From assembly GCF_963921235.1 (NCBI RefSeq), contig NC_086107.1, forward strand, positions 109,618,001-109,682,000: a stretch of DNA of 64,000 nt, written 5' to 3'. This stretch comes from Mobula hypostoma (lineage: Eukaryota). Below the pieces are notes generated by a model. That model was given only the letters and a program-made list of their open reading frames with translations, was not told the origin of the DNA and did no database searches. The translations under genes and the position numbers were made by a program. Positions 50,918 through 63,270 of this stretch are shown piece after piece. Position 1 is the stretch's first letter, and each line of letters begins with the position of its first letter.

Positions 50918-53854
50918 GTGAGGGGGGATAGGCAGGTGACAGAGAAGGGGAGCAGTCAGACCAAAGATGTAGGGGAGAAGGAAGAAAAAGATAATAAAGT
51001 TGTTTGCACCATTAGGGATAAACAGAGAGTAAGAGGTGGAGAGTTTCTTAAATGCATCTATTTTAATGCTAGGAGCATTGTAAGAAAGGTGGATGAGCTT
51101 AGAGCATGGATTGATATCTGGAAATATGATGTTGTAGCTATTAGTGAAACATGGTTGCAGGAGGGGTGTGATTGGCAATTAAATATTCCTGGATTTCATT
51201 GCTTCAGGTGTGACAGAATCAGAGGGACAAGAGGGGGAGGTGTTGCATTGCTTGTCAGAGAAAATATTACAGCGGTGCTTTGGCAGGATAGATTAGAGGG
51301 CTCGTCTAGGGAGGCTATTTGGGTGGAATTGAGGAATGGGAAAGGTGTAGTAACACTTATAGGGGTGTATTATAGACCACCTAATGGGGAACGAGAATTG
51401 GAGGAGCAAATTTGTAAGGAGATAGCAGATATTTGTAGTAAGCACAAGGCTGCGATTGTGGGAGATTTTAATTTTCCACACATAGACTGGGAAGCCCATT
51501 CTGTAAAAGGGCTGGATGGTTTGGAGTTTGTAAAATGTGTGCAAGATAGTTTTTGCAGCAATACATAGAGATACCAACTAGAGAAGGGGCAGTGTTGGAT
51601 CTCCTGTTAGGGAATGAGATAGGTCAGGTGACAGAGGTATGTGTTGGGGAGCACTTTGGGTCCAGTGATCACAATGCCATTAGTTTCAATATAATTATGG
51701 AGAAGGATAGGACTGGACCCTGGGTTGAGATTTTTGATTGGAGAAAGGCTAACTTTGAGGAGATGTGAAAGGATTTAGAAGGAGTGGATTGGGACAATTT
51801 GTTTTATGGGAAGGATGTAATAAAGAAATGGAGGTCATTTAAAGGTGAAATTTTGAGGGTACAGAATCTTTATGTTCCTGTTAGCTTGAAAGGAAAGGTT
51901 AAAAGTTTGAGGGAGCCGTGGTTTTCAAGGGATATTGGAAACTTGGTTCAGAAAAAGAGAGAGATCTACAATAAATACAGGCAGCTTGGAGTAAATGAGG
52001 TGCTCGAGGAATATAAAGAATGTAAAAAGAATCTTAAGAAAGAAATTAGAAAAGCTAAAAGAAGATATGAGGTTGCTTTGGCAAGTAAGGTGAAAATAAA
52101 TCCAAAGGGTTTCCACAGTTATATTAATAGCAAAAGGATAATGAGGGATAAAATTGGTCCCTTAGAAAATCAGAGTGGACGGCTATATGTGGAGTCAAGA
52201 GAGATGGGGGTGGTTTTGAACAATTTCTTTTCTTTGGTGTTCACTAAGGAGAAGGATATTGAATTGTGTAAGGTAAGGGAAACAAGTAGGGTAATTATGG
52301 AAACTATGATGATTAAAGAAGAGGAAGTACTGGTGCTTTTAAGGAATATAAAAGTGGATAAGTCTCTGGGTCCTGACAGGATATTCCATCAGACCTTGAG
52401 GGAAGTTGGTGTGGAAATAGCAGGGGCTCTGACAGAAATATTTCAAATGTCATTAGAAACGGGGATGGTGCCGGAGGATTGGTGTATTGCTCGTGTGGTT
52501 CCATTGTTTAAAAAGGGTTCTAAGAGTAAACCTGGCAATTATCAGCCTGTGAGTTTGATGTCAGTGGTGGGTAAATTGATGGAAAGTATTCTTAGAGATG
52601 GTATATATAATTATCTGGATAGACAGGGTCTGATTAGGAACCGTCAACATGGATTTGTGCGTGGAAGGTCATGTTTGACAAATCATATTGAATTTTTTGA
52701 AGAGGTTACTAGGAAAGTTGACAAGGGTAAAGCAGTGGATGTTGTCTATATGGACTTCAGTAAGGCCTTTGACAAGGTTCCACATGGAAGGTTGGTTAGG
52801 AGGATTCAATTGTTAGGTATTAATATTGAAGTAGTAAGGTGGATTCAGCAGTGGCTGGATGGGAGACGCCAAAGAGTAGTGGTGGATAACTGTTTGTCAG
52901 ATTGGAGGCCAGTGGCTAGTGGTGTGCCTCAGGGATCTGTACTGGGCCTGATATTGTTTGTCATATACATTAATGATCTGGATGATGGGGTGGTAAATTG
53001 GATTAGTAAGTAGTCAGATGATACTAAGATAGGTGGAGTTGTGGATAATGAAATAGGTTTTCAAAGCTTGCAGAGAGATTTAGGCCAGTTAGAAGAGTGG
53101 GCTGAAAGATGGCAGATGGAGTTTAATGCTGATAAATGTGAGGTGCTACATTTTGGTAGGATTAATCAAAATAGAACATACATGGTAAATGGTAGGGCAT
53201 TGAAGAATGCAGTAGAACAGAGGGATCTAGGAATAATGGTGCATAGTTCCCTGAAGGTGGAATCTCATGTGGATAGGGTGGTGAAGAAAGCTTTTGGTAT
53301 GCTGGCCTTTATAAATCAGAACATTGAGTATAGGAGTTGGGATGTAATGTTGAAATTGTACAAGGCATTAGTAAGGCCAAATTTGGAGTATTGTGTATGG
53401 TTCTGGTCACCAAATTATAGGAAAGATGTCAAGAAAATTGAGAGAATACAGAGAAGATTTACTAGACTGTTACCTGGGTTTCATCTCCTAAGTTACAGAG
53501 AAAGGTTGAACAAGTTGGGTCTTTATTCTTTGGAGCGTAGAAGGTTGAGGGGGGACTTGATAGAGGTATTTGAAATTATGAGGATAGATAGATAGAGTTG
53601 ACATGGATAGGCTTTTTCCATTGAGAGTGGGGGAGATTCAAACAAGAGGACATGAGTTGAGAGTTAAAGGGCAAAAGTTTAGGGGTAACATGAGGGGGAA
53701 CTTCTTTACTCAGAGAGTGGTAGCTGTGTGGAAGGAGCTTCCAGCAGAAGTGGTTGAGGCAGGTTCGATGTTGTCGTTTAAAGTTAAATTGGACAGTTAT
53801 ATGGACAGGAAAGAAATGGAGGGTTATGGGCCGAGTGCAGGTTGGTGGGACTAG
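50918..53854 (+). pseudogene. CR1 ORF2 (APE endonuclease + reverse transcriptase), disrupted
   Basis: NARSI, ISETW, GDFN, SDH, QHGF, DFSKAFDKV, GVPQGSVLG. Frameshift near 51555 and a stop at 51766. Catalytic YADD is now TAG-TCA-GAT-GAT at 53011. Confidence 0.92.
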
Positions 53855-54099
53855 GTGAGAGTAAGAGTTCAGTACGGACTAGAAGGGCCGAGATGGCCTG
53901 TTTCCATGCTGTAATTGTTATATAGTTATATATTGTGCTACCTTGACTTCTGTATCACGTACCGGTGGGACACAACATCCATGGTCATCTCAACCAACAG
54001 AGGGCTTCATCAATGAGCTCTGAAAGATCTCAGAGGATTCTTTCCCTTCCCCGTTCCCAAACATTGCAACCAGGCAGACAGGAAGATCACGATTACACC

Positions 54100-54805
54100 G
54101 GAAAACAAAGATTTTGCTTCCTGGATACTTCTGGGTGTATCTTGGGCATTTGGGGCTGCTGATCATGAAAATCACCATGAAATTTCCGTACTATGCATCT
54201 TTTTTTTGAAACTGCCTATATTTGTTGTTTCAATTCATAATTCAAGTCAGAATAATTGATACCAAGATTAAGGAAGGCATTTTGTTGGTCCATAAATCAA
54301 TGACAGGCAATTTGAAGAACCTCTACTGGGACTGTGAGAATCGCATGGAAGGCATTCAAGGACGTTGTTGAAAATGTTCTTTGCAACTACAGAGCACCAG
54401 ACTACATGCAGCTGGTTGACAACATGCTCCAAGCACTCAAAACCATGAAGTGCAACAAGTCACTGAAGATTCATTTTCTGCATTCCCATTTAGACTTCTT
54501 CCCTGCAAATCCTGGCACTGTCAGTGACGAGCATGGTGAAAGGTTTCACCAGGACATTGTGGTCATGGAGAAACGGTGTCAGGGCAACTGGAATCCATCA
54601 ATGCTGGCTGATTATTGTTGGACACTTAGATGAGAAGCCTCAGACACTGAGTACAAATGAAAATCATCAACAAAACATTTTTAGCTTAGTTGAACTATTG
54701 CAAACCGCCAACACTGTTATGTAATTAAACACATTATATTCAATAAAAGTTACTTGTTTCCCCAAATTCCTACATGATGCAAGTAGTCTGAAATTATACT
54801 TGTGT
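54100..54805 (+). mobile_element. Chapaev3-type (CMC) DNA transposon remnant
   Basis: KIKEGI.., AW..F..VV, SLKIHFLHSHLDFFP.N.G.VSDEHGERFHQDI..MEKR.QG.W...MLADYCWTL. Confidence 0.75.
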
Positions 54806-55759
54806 GGTCTATCTGAGGAAGCAACACTGAAAACGTTGTCCAATGTTATCTGACTGCTGCTGGATGCTCCATCGCTGACTGTGACACTGGAGTGACATTC
54901 TGACGATTGAAATACCACAGGTACACCGCCTCCCTAATGGCAAATGGAATTTAATTCAGAGATTACATGCACACCAAAACATACAGTGAAACACATCGTT
55001 TGCATCAATGACCAGAACAGTCCGCGGGTGCGCTGGGGGCAGCCCTCAAGTGTTGCCACGCTTCCGGCGCCAAGTAGCATGCCCATCTTTGAATAGTGTG
55101 AGGAAACTGAAGCACCTGGTGGAAACACATGCGGTCACGGGGAGAACATACAAACAGCCCGAATTGAACCCCGATCTCTGGCGCTGCAAAGCACCCCGTA
55201 ACCACTATGCTACCATGGCACCATCCCCTATTGTGCTTTACGAGACTTGTGCTCATCAACATGAGGTGTGCCACACCAGGGAAACTTAAGCACTCAGTGG
55301 TAGCAACAACATAGCCAGAGACAGATAAATATTTCCCTTCTACCCCAATACACAGAATACAATGGAGCAAATGACGATGAACAGGAGAATTACAGGTAGG
55401 CACTTGATGGCCAGCATGGGCCCAGTGGGCCAAAGGGCTTATTTCTGAGCTGTAAAATGATATGACATTAACTTCCAGTATCAGGTTGTCCCAAGGTAAC
55501 ACTTTCCACCCCTAAAAAAAGTGTCTCACATGATCACAGACATTCACAGGTTACAAATCTCTTATCCTAATTACCAACAGACATAGGAGCAGAATTAGGC
55601 CATTCAGCCCATCGACTCTGTTCCACCATTCCACCATGGCTAGTTTATTATCTCTCTCAACCCCATTCTCATGCCTTCTTCCTGTAACCTTTGACACCTT
55701 TACTAATCAAGAACTATCAACCTCCTTGAAATATACTTAAGTCACTTGGCATATGAGGG

Positions 55760-56372
55760 AGGAGAAGATGGCAGTACACCACGTGTGCGCAGCTCTCCAG
55801 TGAAAATGATATCGTATCTGTTAAATAGGGGCCGTGGACAATTTTGATTTGATGGAGAATGGACGTGAAAGCACAGAGGAACATCTGGAGAAATTTCTGA
55901 AACGTCCGTTCGTTGCCGCTGTTACTGTTGTGGTCGTGAATCTTTCGGAGGGTAGGCCTCAAAATCCCCGGCCTTGCCTGCTTTTGGCGACTAGAAAGGA
56001 GGTTGAATTGTTCGGACAGAGATGGCGCTCAGTACTCGGTGTCGGAGAGCTGATCAGAGCTCGAAGTTTTCGGATGACTCAGAGTCGGATTGTGGTCGGC
56101 ATGGCAGGGAGAGTTTTTCTTCCTTCTCCCGTCTGCGTGAGATGTGGGACATTGAGAAAATTTGAACTTTACTGTGCTCATGGACTTCTTCATCAAGTTA
56201 TGGTATTGTTACACTGTTTGTAACTATATGTTATAATTATGTGGTTTTGTCAGTTTTTTCAGTCTTAGTTTGTCCTGTGTTTTGTGATATCACACCGGAG
56301 GACATAATGCATCATTTCTTAATGCATGCATTACTAAATGGCAATAAAACAGGTCTACGTGTCTTCATAATC
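55760..56372 (+). mobile_element. ~630-bp non-autonomous retroposon (copy 3)
   Basis: Colinear with 3195-3826. Confidence 0.75.
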
Positions 56373-58749
56373 ATACCCATATGTCAATACCCTAACAAGC
56401 AAGTGCGTGGAGGGACTGGTGGGATCGGGGGTTCCTAACTTGGAGATCATGAGGCACTTGCTTAATGATATTGGTCCATGGGATTTAAAAGAAAGTTTGG
56501 GAACCCCTGGGTGGGATGAATGAGGACGGATTTTCCAGATACTGTGGAGCTGCCGGCCTAAGAGAAGGACGACGTCGATTCCAAACCCAGGTAGATGAGA
56601 CTCGTTAGCCTTGCCAGGAAGTCTGTCTAGGAAAAGGAAAACTCCGGTACTCAGCCAACAGCCTTGCAGTCACCGCAGCTCGTTGTGCCATTGTGGAACG
56701 TCCCCCAGGCCAAAGAGCGGAATCGGCCCACGCACGCCGATCCTATCAACCTACGCAGCACAGGGAAGAAGAACAGCCCTACAGCGAGGGAGTTCCCTCC
56801 TGATCTTCACAAGTGAAGAACCAGCCATCACATCTCACACTGTCCTGTGATTCGGGGTGCTGGGTGGCGTGACTCTTTGGACCGGAAGGACCTGTACTGT
56901 GCAGCGTCTCTAAATAAACAATCATATTTGTTACGGTATACTAGTTTAAGATTCATTTTCTTGCAGGTACTTACATGAAAATAAAAACAATAGAATTTCA
57001 TGACAAAATGCACACAAAGACCAATGTGCAAAAGTCATCTGTGCAATTAAAACTAATACTGAGAACACGAGGTGCAAAGAGTCCTTAAAAGTGAGTCCAA
57101 GTTGTGGAGTCAGTTCAGAGTAACGGTACGGAAAGGTTACCCATGCTGATTCAGCAGCCGGATGGTTGTTTGGTAATAACTGTTCCTGAACCTGGTGGTG
57201 CAGTGGCATCAGCACCGAACTTCGAGGCGAGTGGTCCAAGTTCGAGTCCTGCCGGCCCCTTGTACACTTTCCATCCACGCTGGGTTGAGCTTTGTAAAAC
57301 CTCGGCCTCGTTAAAAAAAAACAAAATAGGCAAATGCTACGGAAACAGCAAAAAAATGCCACCCGATGCGTCGCAGGGCGTGATAAAGGGACTACAACCC
57401 GGTGGTGTGGTACCCAAGGCTTCCGTAGCTCCTGCATCAAGAAGAGAGCATGCCCTGGATGGTGAGGGTCTTTGATGGCAGATTCTGCTTTCTTGTGGCA
57501 TGTAAATGTACTCAATGGCGGGGAGGGCTTTACCTGTGGATGGACTGCATTACCTATATCTAAAATTCTCAGTCCAAGGTGGGATTTGAACCGTCTACAA
57601 TAAAGAGGCCACTGACTGTATACTCATGGCTTTCTGCAGCCGGAGCCCAACCACTTCACACACCACTGTCGTAATCGCCTTCCTGGCACCCCTTGAACCA
57701 TTCCCCTCTGATCTCTCTCTCATTAACAAGGTGTTTTAGCCCACAGAACAACTGCTCACTGGATGTTTTTCGCACCATTCTCTACAGACTTTAGAGAATG
57801 TTATGCATGAAAATTCCTAGAGAGCAGCAATTTCTGAGATACTCAAACCACCCCATCTGGCACCAACAATCATTCCACGGTCAAAGTCACTTGGATCACA
57901 TTTCTTCCTCCATTCTGACGTTTGGCCTGAACAACAACCGAACCTCTTGACCATGTCTGCATGCGTTTACGCATTGAGCTGCTGCCACATGACTGGCTAA
58001 TTAGATATTTTCATTAACCAGTGTACCTAATAAAGTGGCCATTGAGTGTATGCCACCAGATAAATTAATCTGGAATTACATCAAGGTGATCGCTCTCTCT
58101 CTCTTGATGCTGGAGAATAGTGCTGGAGCAAGGTTTAACCGCTGCAGTTGGTAGATTTGGACTAATTCAGGTTTATGATGTTTTCTAGGTCTGGTTCTTC
58201 TTTATGGGTGATTTTTGAATTGGGGCAGCCTGCAGATAATGAACACTGACCAGAACTGAAAATACCTTTACAGTTTGTGTTTTTCCACTCATTATTGTTG
58301 CTGTAGTTGGCGCAATTATTTTTTTTTGCATATGGGGGGGGTGCAGTTGATGTTTTTCTTTGAATGGGTTGGATTCCATGGTTCTTTGTTTCATGGCTCT
58401 CTGTGGGGAAGACAAGTTTCAGGGTTGTACTCTGCATACATTAATAAAAAAAAATGTACCTTGAACCTTTGACACTAGTTCAGTAATGACAGAACAACAA
58501 CATGTGGATTTGTGGGAGGAAGGAAGTTGTGGAGATTTATACCTTGAAGGATTGGGGATAAGCGTTCTAAGTTGAATCAGCAAGGCCACAAAGTTCCAGG
58601 TGTTCCAAACCTGGTATCCACAGACCCCTTGCTTAATGACGTTAGGCTATGGCATTAAAAAGGTTGGGACCCCTGCATCTGGAACCCAATCCATCCAATA
58701 ACACCCTGGCAGATTTGCTATTCTCTGACTGTTCTTGGCCCTTTTAATA

Positions 58750-59370
58750 AGACCATAAGATATAGGAGCAGAATTAGGCCATTTGGCCCATCAAGTCTGC
58801 TCTGCTATTTCATCAGGGCTGATCTATTTTCCCTCTCAGCCCCAAATCTCCTGCCTTCTCCCCATATCCCTTCATGCCCTGACCAATCAAGAATCTATCA
58901 CCCTCTGCCTTAAATACACCCAATGACGGCCTCCACAGAAACCTCTGGCAACGAATTCCACAGATTCACCACTCTCTGGCGAAACAAAATTCCTCCTTGT
59001 CTCTGTTCTAAAGGGACACCCCTCTATTCTGAGCCTCTTGTCTTAGTCTCCCCCACCATAGGAAACATCCTCTCCGCATCCACTCTAATGAGACCTATCA
59101 ACACTAGATAGGTTTCAATGAGGTCACCCCTCCGTCTTCTGAATTCCAATGAGAATAGGCCCAGAGCCCTCAAACGCTCTTCATATGACAAGCTTTTCAA
59201 TCCCAGAATCATTGTCGTGAACCTCCTTTGAACCCTCTCCAGTGTCAGCACATCCTTTAAGATAGGGGGCCCAAAACTGTTCACAGTAATCCAAGCTTTA
59301 TAATGCCTCCAAGATTGCATCCTTGCTTTTATATTCTAGTCTCTTGAAATGAATGCTAACATCACATAAT
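58750..59370 (-). mobile_element. CR1 3' fragment ~150 bp downstream of the Kir6 stop codon
   Basis: [31 protein letters not shown]. Confidence 0.8.
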
Positions 59371-59514
59371 AAGGTTATGAGTGTTGATTTCAGCTCCAGT
59401 CTTTCAGGCTCAGCATGGACAGGATGGGCCAAGTGGACAGTTTGGTGCTCTACGACTCTAAACGTTCAACACGTGTGTGGAAGAAGACTTTATGGAGCAA
59501 AGGCCCATGACAAA

Positions 59515-60717
59515 CTACAGACCTGATAAACAGTCGACCGACTGAAATCGCACAAATGACTTTACGCCCGCTGGCGATGAGTTGATGATCTCCGAGGAGC
59601 TCCTTCTGCGCAGAGCAGTCAGCCGATGTTTTGGCCCATTGTCCCTGCGCTCACTTCTCCCCTGCCTCTCTCGCGCCATCGCGCTGTACAGGGGCATGTT
59701 AGTCTTCACGGTGTTGCCAAACTTGGAATAGTCAACCGCGTACCTGCCCTCTTCCTCAGTCACGATGGGCACGAACCTATGGCCCCAGAGTATCTCCTCC
59801 GGCAGGTAGGAGGTACGCACTTGGGTCGTGATGCCTGTGGTCTCCACCACACCTTCCAGCAGGACCACCACCTCAAGATCTTCTTGCTGGAGATCAGACT
59901 CGGACAGAGCGTAGAGCGGGCTCTTCTCGTCAATGGTGTGGCTTATGATCAGGGGGGACACTAGGAAGATGGCGTTGGGTTGCACCGAGTTCTCAACCTG
60001 GATGTCGATCTGGGAGATGGGGATCACCTCCCCCTCCTGCGTAGTGGTCTTCTTCACCAGTTGCATTCGGATGGTCGCGCTGATGATCATGCTCTTCCTC
60101 AGGTCGCCCACCCGGAACATGAAGCAGAGCTTACCGTTCCTCTGCGCTATGACCGCGTGCTTGCTGAAGATGATGGTCTCCGCTCTGCGGTTGGCCTGGG
60201 CGGTCTTCATGAAAATACAGCCCAGCATGACGGCGTTGACGATGAGGCCCGTTATGTTCTGGATGATAAGGATGGTGATGGCCATCGGGCACTCCTCTGT
60301 CACCATCCTGCCGCCGAACCCTATGGTCACCTGCACCTCGATGGAGAAAAGGAAGGCAGAGGTGAAAGACTTGATGCTGGTGATGCAAGGCACGGCCCCC
60401 TCCTGCCCAGCATCCAAGTCTCCGTGGGCGAAGGCAATGAGCCACCAGAGCATGGCGAACACAATCCAGCTGCACAGGAAGGACATGGTGAAGATCACCA
60501 ACGTGTACGGCCACTTAAGGTCCACCAGGGTGGTGAAAACGTCTTGAAGGAAGCGCCCCTGCTCTCGGATGTTCTTGTGGGCCACATTGCAGCCTCCGTT
60601 CTTTGAGACGAAACGGGCCTTCCTCGACCTGGTGCAGTATCGGGGCTGTGACAGGTTGTCCTCCACTAATCTGGTCAGCAGGTACTCGTCTGGGATGATG
60701 CCCTTCCTCGCCAGCAT
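59515..60717 (-). CDS. KCNJ11: ATP-sensitive inward rectifier K+ channel subunit, Kir6 family (KCNJ11-like; Kir6.2 or Kir6.3)
   Basis: Intact 400-aa ORF with N-terminus [44 protein letters not shown], the Kir6-specific TIGFG filter (60313-60327), DLRKS, DYSKFGN and an RXR motif. No intron in the CDS. The paralog assignment is uncertain. Confidence 0.93.
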   Translation of the reverse strand: MLARKGIIPDEYLLTRLVEDNLSQPRYCTRSRKARFVSKNGGCNVAHKNIREQGRFLQDVFTTLVDLKWPYTLVIFTMSFLCSWIVFAMLWWLIAFAHGDLDAGQEGAVPCITSIKSFTSAFLFSIEVQVTIGFGGRMVTEECPMAITILIIQNITGLIVNAVMLGCIFMKTAQANRRAETIIFSKHAVIAQRNGKLCFMFRVGDLRKSMIISATIRMQLVKKTTTQEGEVIPISQIDIQVENSVQPNAIFLVSPLIISHTIDEKSPLYALSESDLQQEDLEVVVLLEGVVETTGITTQVRTSYLPEEILWGHRFVPIVTEEEGRYAVDYSKFGNTVKTNMPLYSAMARERQGRSERRDNGPKHRLTALRRRSSSEIINSSPAGVKSFVRFQSVDCLSGL

Positions 60718-60735
60718 CGTGGGTGTAGGTAACCA

Positions 60736-60770
60736 CCTGTGGGGCCAGTTAGAAACAGGAAGAAAGTGTT
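60736..60770 (-). promoter_or_regulatory. Splice acceptor 19 nt upstream of the Kir6 ATG
   Basis: Minus strand CTTTCTTCCTGTTTCTAACTGGCCCCACAG|GTGG, with a pyrimidine tract and CTAAC. Confidence 0.6.
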
Positions 60771-63235
60771 AGGCTCTTTTCCAAGTTGACGCACTTCTAT
60801 ATTACCCTTAATGGACTACAACCTTGGAACATTACTACGGCAACTTGTACCCAGTCATGTTTTAGGCTTCAATTTCTTTGTTTGCTGCTGATTGGTTATT
60901 CATGAATTATTTTTCTGCCTGTTGTCAAGTTTATTATTGCACAGTGAGGTACAACTACAAGGAATAAAATAACTAGCTTGAAGCAGTATCGCAGGTACAT
61001 GGCTTCTGATAACAACACCTCGAACACAAGTTACGTATACATTTACGTCACGACAATGTACAACGAGGTCACCGGACCAGACACTGAAGCTAGTGGATAT
61101 AAAAGTGTTTATTCAACAAAAGCAAGCAATTGGCATCATAATTCGAGACACTCTTGGAAGAAGAGGCCCGCTCGACTCAGTAGGATGTGGCTTTTTTTAC
61201 ATGCTAAAGATCAAAGGCAACAGCAGGCCAATGTACCTACAATGCTTCCTTTAAATTACATGTAGTTTTCAAATGCCTCCTTCTTAGCACCCACACTCCA
61301 GACACCCAAAATGAATCACAAACACAAGAAAGTCTGCAGATGCTGGAAATCCGAGGCAACACACACACAAAATGCTGGAGGAAGTCAATAGGCCAGGCAA
61401 CAGGTATGGAAAAGAGTAAACAGTCAATGTTTTGGGCCGAGACCCCAGAATGGAAGTTAATTGCCACCGACTCTCAGCCACATTCTTGTAGATGCAGGCA
61501 TCTGAGTTTAATAGTTCAGAGCTGCATTTTTAATTCGATCTGCAATCCACATTCAAATCTGAAGATTGGTTGCTGGTGAAATTAATATCTGCTATGTAGC
61601 CCAACTCTAGAATATGACCCAACCTATCACACCGAAGGAAAACCAAACTGCTAAACAAGGAAGTGCGAAGATACCCAGGATCAGAGACAAGTCTATGGTG
61701 ATGCAGAAGGTGATCAATTGTTAGAGGAGGATTAGATCGGATCAGTTCAAGAGCCTGTCGGTAAATCTCATCTAAACATTGAACATCTGAATCAATATTG
61801 ACATTGAACATCTGTTTGGTGACTGTAGTATGGAGCGGATTGATGATGGCGCTAAACGGCAACTCCTTTGCTTGCATTTTTGGAAACAGCTCTACTTCTA
61901 TCTTTATTTCTCCCTTTCAGGGTTCTTTTGAAGACCCTGACCTGAAGTTACACGCTGACTATGGGGGAATGCGGGAATGGGACCCGCTCTCGGGGTTTCA
62001 TGACCAGCCATTGTTGCTCGGCACACCAAGGATTCAGCCCAAGAGTCCAGCTCTGATTCAGAAGCCTAGGATCCCAAGGCTCCGAAGACGGGCGGATCGA
62101 GGGTCGGTGTCCCAACAGGAGATCCATGTGTCGTTGGGGGGTGTCAGAATATCTAAGGCTGTGTGCCCAGATCTTTAAGCGCAGAGCACGAAAAGAAGCG
62201 ACGTAACGGACTTTTAACATCGTAAACCAGCGAGTTGTTTGTTTTGTCTCCCCGCTCGCTGTGAAACGGAGACACCCCTTTCTCCCTTATTAGGGAGGGA
62301 GGGAGAGAGAGAGAGAGAGAGAGAACCTGTGGTATGTCAAACACCGGGTGAAACACAAAGTCTTTAGGGTAACTGCAAGTCTGTCTTTGCCATTGCCTTG
62401 CTCACGCTTGAGTGTTCGGTGACGGGTACCGATGCTTTTTTTCTGCCGGTGGGGGGAGGGGGATTGTTGCTTGCTGCCGCCAACATGCAGGAGGGAGGGG
62501 AGCTGGGGGGGGGTGGTCTTTGGGGTTCTAATATTTAACTGTCGTTCATTTGGGGCACTCCTCTGTTTTTGTGGATGGTTGCGAAGAAAAGCATTTCAGG
62601 ATGTATATTGTATACATTTCTGAGATTAAATTGTACCTTGGAAACCTTTTTGAAATATTCTCAATGCAGTACTGAGGAAGTGCCACACTGTTGAATTCCA
62701 GTGACTTTAAACCATAATCCAAGCTGTGGCTTTTTGACCGGTAGGACTAGGGTTGTGCAAGTTGGTTCAAGAACCTGCGTGTTTCAGAAGAGTACCTTTC
62801 TCACTTCTGTTTAATGAATCAGACTCAGGTTATTCGGGCAAGCATCAACATGCAGCTCAATATTCCCCACTCAGGGTTGTGGACTGGGATCAAGGATACA
62901 AAATCTAATAGGGCCCCTTCTCCTTCCACTCCTCCCATTGTCCATTCTCCTATCAGCTCTTTACCTCTTCCACCTATCACCTCCCAGCCTCTTGCTTCAT
63001 AGAGCAACACACACCCAAAATGCTGGAGGAACTCAGCAGGTCAGGCAACATCTATGAGGAGGGAAAAGGAGTCAATGTGATGGAGGATCTCTGCCCAAAA
63101 CATCGACTCTTTATTCCTTTCCATAGATGCTGGCAGAGCTGCTGAGTTCCTCCAGCATTTTGTGCGTTACCTGTCACCTGCTTGCATCCTTCCTCCCCAC
63201 CATCTTATTCTGTCTTCCATCCTCCTCCTTTTCCA

Positions 63236-63270
63236 ATCCTGATGAAGGGTCTCGGCCCGAAACGTCGACA
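63236..63270 (+). ncRNA. Minimal hammerhead ribozyme motif in a PLE-derived repeat cluster (62905-63358)
   Basis: CTGATGA (63239-63245)-A-GGGT CTCG GCCC-GAAA (63259-63262)-CG-TC, with predicted cleavage after 63266. Stem I is partly decayed. Confidence 0.6.

Larger units (their letters stand above)
49597..53930 (+). mobile_element. Near full-length CR1 LINE (inactive)
   Basis: GC-rich 5' UTR, ORF1, ORF2 and a 3' (GTTATATA)2 tail. Possible short TSD ATATCG/ATATTG. Confidence 0.93.

Noticed and set aside
59626..60606. Long plus-strand ORFs (112-208 aa)
   Set aside because: Antisense shadows of the GC-rich Kir6 CDS.
61040..61262. Possible solo LTR upstream of Kir6
   Set aside because: It has AATAAA, but clear TG..CA ends and a TSD could not be established.
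61530..61830. Minus-strand ORF faintly like the ABCC8/9 C-terminus (LTIDH, GHILE)
   Set aside because: Similarity is too weak; the conserved TIAHR and DEATA motifs and matching splice sites are absent.
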